From Macrostomum lignano (lineage: Eukaryota), in the NCBI GenBank assembly GCA_002269645.1, contig NIVC01000815.1, positions 124,001 through 188,000 of the forward strand: a stretch of 64,000 bases of DNA, written 5' to 3'. A program made the translations under genes and the position numbers. The notes under the pieces are model-generated. The model saw only the letters and a list, made by a program, of their open reading frames with translations, had not been told where the DNA came from and did no database searches. Each line of letters starts with the position of its first letter. Positions within the stretch are counted from its first letter, which is position 1. Below, piece after piece: positions 24,314-34,190 of the stretch.

Positions 24314-24974
24314 CTTATTTATTCTTTTTCCCTTCAACTGAGTGCCGGGGTTAAGTGGAGCCCGTTGAGCTTTTTGAAGTATTTATTGAAATCACGCATT
24401 TAGATCTCAAATCCCAGATCAAGATTCCAAAATCCCAGATCAAGATCCCAAATCCCAGATCAAGATCCCAAATCCCAGATTGAGACCTTAAATCCCAAAT
24501 GAAGATCCCAAATCCCAACTCAAAATTCCCTATCAAACTCTCCAACCCCTATTGGGATTTCATATCCTCAGACAGAGATCCCCAAAAGATCGACCAAAAT
24601 CCTGAATCCCCAATAGCAAAAAGCAGTAATTCAGCCAAACCAGAATCCCAGATCCCGTATCCCAGTTCCCAAATGTCCCGCACCAAACGGACTAGAATTC
24701 CAGAATCGAAGTCGCAAGTTAACGACCTTTAAGAAAGCGAATACAAATGGTAGGTCGCATTGGTCTAGAAAGATATTTATGCTTTGCGGTTGGCAGGTCC
24801 ATGGCCAAAGTCCATGGATGCGTTGCTTAACTCGCTCAGTAAATCCTTAAAACTTTTATTTTGGCAGATGGAATGTTTATTCAGTGGCATTTTGCATGAC
24901 TTTCCAGTTTATGCTTCTTTTATAGAACTGCGTGTGTATTTCCAACTTTAGTGCGGGCTTATTCAATCAATGAG

Positions 24975-25232
24975 ATGGATATCAGTGCGCTTATTCCAGT
25001 ATCAATGGGAATCATGCAGTGCCCGCTTATTCCAATATCAATGGGAATCATGCAGTGCCCGCTTATTCCAATATCAATGGGAATCATGCAGTGCCCGCTT
25101 ATTCCAATATCAATGGGAATCATGCAGTGCCCGCTTATTCCAATATCAATGGGAATCATGCAGTGCCCGCTTATTCCAATATCAATGGGAATCATGCAGT
25201 GCCCGCTTATTCCAATATCAATGGGAATCAGT
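24975..25232. repeat. Minisatellite, 36-bp unit GCTTATTCCAATATCAATGGGAATCATGCAGTGCCC
   Basis: About 7 head-to-tail copies with no spacers and an internal ATTCC/GGAAT hairpin. Confidence 0.95.
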
Positions 25233-25779
25233 GCCCACCAGGATCTTCAGTGAGACATTTGTCCAGAATTCCCTTTCCGATGACCCACACGAGCGCGGTG
25301 AAGTGAGGCAAACTTGCATCAGGATCCCAGAGTTTACAAGCTCTCATTTCATCATTTTACCGCCGACTTATTGCTGTCTGGTGCAATAAACTGCTTTTTT
25401 ATAACTGAATAACAGCTGTGCACGTGTGCTTCAATGCCGCCAGGGGTGGGCGCGATTCACTATTTAGAAAGTCTGCGGCTTCTGTGTTGGCCATCTTTGT
25501 CATTTAATAGCCAGCCCGTGTTCACAGAACTCCTGCTAAACTTATACCTGCGTGACTGCGCCAGACAACTTATGAACAAATAGCTGACAGATAGCTCGTA
25601 GAATTAAAGTACAAGTTTCACTTTTCATTTTGAATTTACTTACATCGGTTTTAATTATTCTTGCAACGGGATCGAATCATGACTTGTTGAACATCCTTCA
25701 ACTCTTAATCCCCTCTTCGAAGCTCTCATAGCCCATAGCTGATTTTCACTGATCCTAATCCCCTTTCTCTACAGGATTC

Positions 25780-26925
25780 CTCTGATCCCGTCTCTAAATC
25801 TCTCCGATCCCTTTCCTAGTTTCTCCGATCCCCTCTCCCAATCACTCTGATCCCCTCCCCAATCTCCCTGATCCCCTCTCCAAATCACTCTGATCCCCTC
25901 CCCAATCTCTCCGATCCCCTCTCCCAATCTCTCTGATCCCCTCTCCTAATCTATCTCTGATCCCCTCTCCCAATCTCTCTGATCCTCTTTCCTAATATCT
26001 CGCTGATCCCCTCTCCTAGTCTCTCCGATGCCTTCTCCCAATCTCTCTGATCCCCTCCCCCAATCTCTCTGATCCCCTCCCCCAATCTCTCTGATCCCCT
26101 CTCCTAATCTATCTCTGATCTCCTTCTCCCTATCTTTCGGATCCCTTCTCCTAATCTCTCCGATCCCCTCTCCCAATTTCTCTGATCCCCTCCCCAATCT
26201 CCCTGATCCCCTCTCCAAATCACTCTGATCCCCTCCCCAATCTCCCTGATCCCCTCTCCAAATCACTCTGATCCCCTCCCCAATCTCTCCGATCCCCTCT
26301 CCTAGTCTCTCCGATGCCCTCTCCCAATCTCTCTGATCCCCTCCCCCAATCTCTCTGATCCCCTCTCCTAATCTATCTCTGATCTCCTTCTCTCCATCTT
26401 TTTGATCCCCTCTCCTAGTCTCTCTAATCCCCTTCTCCCAATCTTTCGGATCCCTTCTCCTAATCTCTCCGATCCCCTCTCCCAATTTCTCTGATCCCCT
26501 CTCCTAATCTCCCTGATCCCCTCTCCCAATCTCTTTGATCCCCTCTCCTAATCTCTCCGATCCCCTCTCCCAATTTCTCTGATCCCCTCTCCCAATCTCT
26601 TTGATCCCCTCTCCTAATCTCTCCGATCCCATCTCCTAATCTTTCTGATCCCCTTCTCCCAATCTTTCTGATCCCCTCTCCCAATCTCTTTGATCCCCTC
26701 TCCTAATCTCCCTGATCCCCTCTCCCAATCTCTCTGATCCCCTCTCCTAATCTCCCTGATCCCCTCTCCCAATCTCTCTGATCCCCTCTCCTAATCTCCC
26801 TGATCCCCTCTCCCAATCTCTCTGATCCCCTCTCCCAATCTCTCTGATCCCCTCTCACAATCTCTCTGATCCCCTCTCCCAATCTCTCTGATCCCCTCTC
26901 CTAATCTCCCTGATCCCCTCTCCTA
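25780..26925. repeat. Pyrimidine-rich minisatellite, 22-bp unit CTCTGATCCCCTCTCCCAATCT
   Basis: About 50 copies, more homogeneous toward the right end. Confidence 0.94.
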
Positions 26926-29084
26926 ATCAATTTCTGACCCTTTACTGCAAATCCTCTCTTCAGCCAGATTCTGAATTCAACTCCCAGCAGCTGCATCATT
27001 GTGTCAACCATAAAACGTTCAGTGTCACAGGGTGCGCTATTTTGCATCCGCTGGGATTGCGGCCTGCAAATGCGATCTTGGTCTACCTGCCTGAAAAAGT
27101 AGAACCAACACGTACATAAACAGGTGCGGCAATTAGCAGCTTTACACCCAAACAAGCCAAAGCGAGCCAACACCATATAGTTCGACGCCCACACACACGC
27201 TTATGCTAAAAACAGGCTAACCTGCGGCAACCTACCGCAGCACCCTGTGTCTGCAATTAGCCCGTATTATTGCGACGCTATAATCTGAACGCCGCCAATG
27301 GAACCTGGAGGGCCGGGAGGGGCATTTTTAACCCCCTCGCTAACTGCATAGTCCACCTCAATCCGGAAATACCCGCCCACCCGCTTTGGCGAATTGTGCT
27401 AATCTGTTGTAAAAAAAATATTATTGTTAATAATTTGATTGTATCAAACTATGAGCGAAAAGATATTTGTTTATTGGTTGTTTAATTATTGTTTTTTTAG
27501 ACAAAATGTGCCTGCTTCTAGCTTTATGTTGGCACAAAGTTTTCCGCCGATGTAGACAATTTCGTGTGTGAAAAACAAGTTCATTTCCTCGCGTGATCAA
27601 AACTAATTAATTAGGGAATTAGTTGGACTGGAAAGCGGATAGCTTTGTGAAAACTCGGTATATAGATAAATACGTATTTATAGTTATTACATGTAGTTCT
27701 ATCCGTGGATTATGCGTATTATATCTACATGTAGATAATTATTGAAAAACACTCAAAACAGATAAAGGAGTCATTAGCGAAATTTTAATGCAAATATTTA
27801 ACAGAAAATATACATCTGCACTAATATACATGTAATCTAAAGTTTATTAAAGTCAACAAAAATTGACCTAAAAGCCACTGAATGTAGATGTAGCTCCAGA
27901 ATGCAGATATAGGACTCAGAGATTAACCAATAGTGTTAATTCAATGTTATGATTAGGAAACTAAATGCATTAGATGCCATCAAATTTGAAGTTGAATGCG
28001 AACAAGAAAAACGAATGTATTTTTCTAACTATACAGGGAAGTATTACAGCCAAAAACGTTCGATTACATCTAGAAGATTAAAAGTTTAACAAAAGTCTAA
28101 AGACAATTAAAAGTAGTAGAGCGTTTTCTGAGCTACCTCTTTATCGTTGTAATCCAAATTTTACATCCCAGATCCTTTAAAAACTTGTGTTTTTTCCCAC
28201 GAAATACGCTATTTTGAGTTTTAAAATGATAATTGAAGTTGCAGGTATTATAACAAAGAAGTATTTGATAATTAAATAAAAACTACTTAGCCTAACCAAC
28301 CGCTGAAACAAACAATACTTTTTGTATTGATATTGTGAGAAAACACTGCATTAAACGATTTAAAAGTCTTAACACCAATGGTTATTACCAGAATACAACA
28401 TCGAAACTATGTCAACATTTTTTCATCAGAATGTGTCATGTCAAAGCACCCCGTTGGCCGTTGGGTGTTCATATTTGAAATTTCGAATGTAAATGAAGTA
28501 TTCAAAGAAAAATTCTGTCTTTACGTGTTTCTTATTTGTTTTTATATTTTTTTTGCATAATTTAAAACAGTTTATAAAGATATATTTACAAAAGAGTGCT
28601 AGTTTTCTGAGGCACATCAACATGTATAGAAATCATTTCAAGCAATCGTGTCATAAACAGATAAAATTCATAGAAAATGCTGAATACTTTGCTTTATGTA
28701 TTGCAGAAAATAATTTATTATTTTTTGTTGCAAAGCCTATTTATATTTATGATAAAGATATTCTAAAACTTTATATTTTATTATACATACTATTTCAACA
28801 AACTTAACCAGCATAGCATCTTTTTTATAAAATCATACTTAAATGGACCCCAGCAGTTCAATGTGATTATCAAATGATGAAATCATTGAAGCCTTTAGTT
28901 GTTTTATATTTAAATTTAAATACACTTAGTTCAAACAAACCATTTTTAGCAGATGGATAAGGATAACATCTTTGGCTTATTTTTTATGGACTGATTTAAT
29001 GGTGTCCAAGATTTCTAATTTACAGTGGCTATCAAAGAGCACCAACAAATAATTCATGCTGCTCACCCAACTCAGACTCAGACT

Positions 29085-29216
29085 ATGTACGCGTACAGCC
29101 GGCACACCATTGGCCTTTTCCTCAATTTCCTTCTAGTCTGCATCGTGTTTATTGCTTGGGGCTTCCTTTTATTTGCCTCTCGCACCGTCTCCGAGCGCTA
29201 TTTGGCTGACAAGTGA
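29085..29216 (+). CDS. 43-aa single-pass membrane micropeptide, sarcolipin/phospholamban (regulin)-like
   Basis: MYAYSRHTIGLFLNFLLVCIVFIAWGFLLFASRTVSERYLADK. GC-richer codon island in very AT-rich DNA, ATG with A at -3, upstream acceptor TTTACAG (ends 29025) and downstream AATAAA (29538-29543). It could instead be the end of a longer terminal exon. Confidence 0.6.
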   Translation: MYAYSRHTIGLFLNFLLVCIVFIAWGFLLFASRTVSERYLADK

Positions 29217-29750
29217 TTTTTACTTTTGTATGTAAATGCCTACTGAATATAGAATATAGAAGCATTGCAAATAGTTCTTAGTCATAGTTAAAGAGTTTAT
29301 GCAATTATAAATATATACATTAGCTGCTTTTTAGCCATGTTTAAGCTTAGTAATGTAGCTAAACCGTAAAAGTATTTTTAGAAGAAAGCTGCAACTCATT
29401 CATTCGCTAGCATAGCCTAGTCTGTCCACTTCCCATTACTTGCTTAACTTACTACAAGCTTCGTTATCTAGTGGCCTATTTTGTCTGGCCACCTAAACGC
29501 TGCAATTTTTGTCATGTCAGAGCATATAAGTCGTTTTAATAAATGAGCTCGTGTCTCAATATTATTCGTGTTTGGCCATACCAAATACAAGTCTTTATCT
29601 TTTTAACTTTATCATTTCTTTAGGCCATACCACAGATGAAGTAATAGAATGGGAGCTAATCAAGCTCTTGAATTATGTTCTTAATTCCCGCAGTCTAGAC
29701 AAAATTAATAATCTTCACAGGACTTTCTTCGTCAAAGCTAAGCCAAAATC

Positions 29751-30107
29751 ATGTCGCTTTCAAACTGCACTACTAGTAGTAACGCGTATAGAAACACCTC
29801 GATATTTCTGGCTGAAGTCGAGGAAACCTTCAAGCGCATCCTGTCGCACAAGGGTGTGATCGGCGCCATTATTGTGAGCTACGACGGCATTCCAATCCGG
29901 AGTTCATTCGCCGAGAATGACGTCACCGTGCAGTACTGCGCGCTGATTCAGCAGCTGGCTCAGAAGGCAAAGTCGGCCGTGCGCGACCTTGACCCCGGCA
30001 ACGATTTGACCTTCCTACGAATCCGCTCCAAAAAGAACGAGATCATGGTGGCGCCCTCCCCGGACTACCTGCTGTTGGTTGTTCAGGAGCCCAATGACCA
30101 GCCTTGA
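29751..30107 (+). CDS. DYNLRB: Dynein light chain roadblock-type, single coding exon, 118 aa
   Basis: [16 protein letters not shown]....GIPIRS...QY...[30 protein letters not shown] matches the family. It has a 19-aa extension between Met and AEVEET. Confidence 0.93.
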   Translation: MSLSNCTTSSNAYRNTSIFLAEVEETFKRILSHKGVIGAIIVSYDGIPIRSSFAENDVTVQYCALIQQLAQKAKSAVRDLDPGNDLTFLRIRSKKNEIMVAPSPDYLLLVVQEPNDQP

Positions 30108-30544
30108 TTATCCTTGGACTCTTTCCAAGAAACGGTTAATTTAATTATTTTAATACGGAATACCACAGTGCCGACCCAAATGTTCAAATAGGTTTTAAAC
30201 TGGAGCCAAAAATATTCGAGTTAAACAAAACTCATGGGCCAGGAATTTCCGAAGGATTTTTTTCACTTTCTGCGACATATATTTTAAAGCTCATAGAGGA
30301 CGGCCAAATTGCAGACAGAATTGCTAAAGTACAAAAAACTTGACGCTAAAATATATACTTTAACATATGCAAATCTCCTTTTTATTGGCGAATTTTGCGT
30401 GCTCCTTGCAATGTAAAATTCGTGGTTCTGCATAATCTGTGCCCTTTGTGTCCAAGTTTTCCTACCTTCTTTCGGTTGTAGACTGGGCTTATTTGATTCT
30501 TATTTACATGTAGATCTATTTTCAGAACTTGTAGATTGTAGGAT

Positions 30545-31110
30545 GGGAGATCTATTCTCATGCATACACATGTAGATTGTATAATGGGAGATCTATTCTC
30601 AGGTATCGATTGTATGATGAGAGATCTATTCTCATGCATAGATTGTATGATGAGAGATCTATTCTCATGCATAGATTGTATGATGACAGATCTATTCTCA
30701 TGCATAGATTGTATGATGAGAGATCTATTCTCATGCATAGATTGTATGATGGGAGATCTATTCTCATGCATAGATTGTATGATGAGAGATCTATTTTCAT
30801 GCATAGATTGTATGATGGGAGATCTATTCTCATGCATAGATTGTATGATGAGAGATCTATTTTCATGCATAGATTGTATGATGAGAGATCTATTCTCATG
30901 CATAGATTGTATGATGGGAGATCTATTCTCATGCATAGATTGTATGATGAGAGATCTATTCTCATGCATAGATTGTATGATGGGAGATCTATTCTCAGGT
31001 ATAGATTGTATGATGAGAGATCTATTCTCATGCATAGATTGTATGATGAGAGATCTATTCTCATGCATAGATTTTATGATGAGAGATCTATTCTCAGGTA
31101 TATGGTTGAT
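30545..31110. repeat. Minisatellite, 33-bp unit GATCTATTCTCATGCATAGATTGTATGATGAGA
   Basis: About 17 copies. Confidence 0.95.
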
Positions 31111-31929
31111 CTATTCTCAGGAGTAAATTGTCAGTATTTTTTTATACTTTTTAAGGCTTGAAATGAAAGCACAGGGCATAGCTGTTTAAGGTTGTCACAA
31201 AAATTGATGTCTGTTATTATTAGAGCATAATAACAATAATTAGTTATATTTAGATATCTGTAAATCTTCCATTCGATCTTGGCTCACAGGAATGCTTAAA
31301 TTTTAGATACGCAGGCGGTTAAGCCGTTAATTGCAGTTGGTTATTGAAATAGTTTTGCACAGCCCTAGCAATTAAGATGGCCTCTCAGCATCCGGAGGGG
31401 GTGGGGGTTCCAGTCACCAGCCAATCAGCGGGGCAGAATAAAATAATCGATTTTTAAATTGACACCTGCACCCGTTGTAAGCCATTCAAGTACCAAGCTG
31501 GTGTTTTCTTATAATAATAATGTTAGTAAATATAATAATTACCGTAATAAAGATTAGCAAGTGCTCGCGAAAAACCCGCAACCGGATATGCAAAAATAAT
31601 TGGATAGTAAAACTCCGTCACCAGAATTAATAATTAATTATTTGATCAGCATGTGCATATAAATTAGGCTTGGTGTTGCTATTTTTATTGTTATTTTTTT
31701 TCTAACTCTTCTTCTTCTTCTTCTAACTACTTAAAGCAAAGCAAGATAATTGGACAAAGGTTAAAAATGAAGCAGCAGTAGTATGTAGCGGAGCAAAATA
31801 TCCAGCGAAACGCAAATAACAAAAAATTTAAAACAGACAACAACAATAACAGCAACAAGATGAAACAGAAGCAGCAAAACAGAACCGAACAATTTCCTGG
31901 AAACGCAGAAGAGAGACAGCAACCAGTAG

Positions 31930-33907
31930 TTATAGAATAATTGGGATGCAATGAGGAAGGACAAGTGTTCTGCCGAGGCTGACTGTCTCTCTTTCACTCT
32001 CAATCTGCTCGAAACTCAATCTGTACACAGTGGAAGACAAAGATTTGAATGCGGGCTGTCCAGTGCCCATGTTTAGCATGTCCGGCTCTGAGACATGATC
32101 TATAGGCGACAAAATTAAAAAAATGCAATAATGTGCTCAAGTAGGGCTGGGGTGAGTAGCATGTAGTGTAAAAGCTGACTAAAACAGAGGCAGCACTAGG
32201 CGAGGGTTGATAACTAACACAGAAACATGAGTTACTGAATGACTGCACTAATAATTTGGAGGGAAAAAACCAAGGATTACTGGTGGCAAATATCTGGCCG
32301 ACAGAAAAACCTTGTAAACACTTTAAAAAGAGGTTTTTAGTCCGGTGCGTTGGCGTCTCATCAAATGAGGTTTTGCCATAGACAATTTCAGGACGAGAAA
32401 AATTCTTTTCCACGGGGTTATAAATCCACATATCGTACCAGTGGTCCTTGGTTTTAAATTAAAGTTAATAGGCATTATTGTAACAGAAGTAAGTTATCAT
32501 TATAAAATAATAATAACAACAGACAAGTTCGCAGGTAATTTTGGTCCGCAAGGTGAATTAGAGGCCTCACAACAAGCCGGTCTCCAATCACGATATGCCT
32601 TAATAACGGCTCGCAAGGTGGCATACAGAGGAATGTTGAAATTAATGCTGATTTAAACCATTAATAATTAATCGGCTTGGTTCTATTAACAAAAGATTTT
32701 AGAAGGTAAATGCGACTAATAAACAAACAGATCTGCAACTAGAAACGTACTACAACAACACTGATAGATAAATAATAGTTCTGTCAGTGTCAGTTTATGC
32801 TTTTCAGTATTGCACACAAAGATCATATATATTATAAGCTTAATACACTCAAAACACTTGATCTGGCCATAGACTACGTAAAAAGCTAATAACTAATTTG
32901 TTAAATTTTTTCCCTCAATCGCAAATTTAAACGGAAAAGTCTAAGCAGATGCTTATAATGAAAGTAGTATAACCAACTGACTGAGTTGGCCAGTGCAGTG
33001 TTTTTAGTATAGCTTTTTTGTCGCGCTATAAGATAGAGAAACGGACAGCCAAAGTTGACAGCCTACTAGCAAACACAGGTTGGCCTGTCTCAGCACAGTT
33101 ACGTGTAAACTACTTTCAGTTCAGTAGTAAATTAAACAGAAGCATTTTAGTGTATTTTTTAAAGCAACGCTCATTTATTGGCTCTTACTCCCTAGCTTAA
33201 ACCCTCCAACCTTCCACACTACCCCCGCCCCGCCTCAGTTTTTATTGCCTTTTTCGGAATTCCAGCCTAAGCTGCCATGTACATTTCAACTAGCCAATTA
33301 GCAAGCTGTTTGCGCCTGGCAGGCTTCTAAACTTAACAAAGTCATTTCAGCTGCTTAAAAATAGCTTACGTATTCTTCTTTGCTACTGAACTGAAAGTAG
33401 AAAGCTGTTTTACTAAGTATATATGGCCCAGAGACAAAACGCAAATCTGCAATTTATGGCCTCAGAGTTTTGTCAGAAACCTGAGAGCCAGCATAATTCA
33501 AGACAGCAACTTTGCACGGATGGACAGCCTTCAGCTGACGGCAGCAGCAACGCAAATTGGCGTTTTGCCTCTGGCCTAACCTGTCTTTAATCCTAGAATG
33601 TCTGCTCTCTAACTGAGCATGCCAAAAGCAATATCTGCGATGACTACTTAGCCATCTTATTAAGCTTAAAACGATGGGGAAAAGGGGGAAAATAAAAGCC
33701 TACATATAGTAAACAATGACTACATGAGTAACTAGGTAATGACAGCAGTCTTAGCAGCTGTACACTGTAGTTCAGCACTTACTGACCCGGTCCTTGGCAC
33801 GAGTAGCAGGTGTGTGCTGGCTGCGGGCACCGGCTGTCCAAGGCTGCACTAGAAAAGGCACTGGCGGTTGCCATGGAGACACACAGTGACCAGTTCAGAA
33901 AATACAT
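31930..33907 (-). CDS. Putative unknown secreted Cys-containing protein, about 4 exons
   Basis: Tentative exons 33907-33783 (signal-like MYFLNWSLCVSMATASA, then CP...CYSC, donor CA|GTAAGT), 32647-about 32521, 32446-32311 (DHWYDMWIYNP...) and 32099-31930. Phases are compatible but two donors are weak. Confidence 0.33.
33081..33430. mobile_element. MITE-like element, copy 2
   Basis: Same 17-bp inverted repeats (33111-33127 and 33383-33399). The internal sequence is collinear with 12.76-13.08 kb (e.g. TTAAACAGAAGCATT, GCTTAAACCCTCCAACC, CCAATTAGCAAG). Confidence 0.72.
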
Positions 33908-34190
33908 GATGAATAATAATGACAGGAAAAAAATGACATTGATAACGGTTGCTAACAGGATGCTATTGGTTGCTATGGCAAAGACAACTAAAAAGGCGTA
34001 AATAAAGGACACACAAACAGCGAGATAAGAAGCAGAAAAAACGTTTATAAAAATTGACAGAAATGGACGAGCTGGCGATTAGCAGAAAAAGCAGAAAAAT
34101 GATGCGCAATTAAAAAAAAACACAAACAGACGAGTTTGGGTGCAGCGACGCTTGAGAGAAAAGACAACGTCAAGAAAAATCGGTACCGTT

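Noticed and set aside
24975-25232. 36-bp hairpin-containing repeat resembling a CRISPR direct repeat (also the 31-bp array at 55.5 kb and the 40-bp arrays)
   Set aside because: Units are head-to-tail with no unique spacers, there are no cas genes, and the context is eukaryotic.
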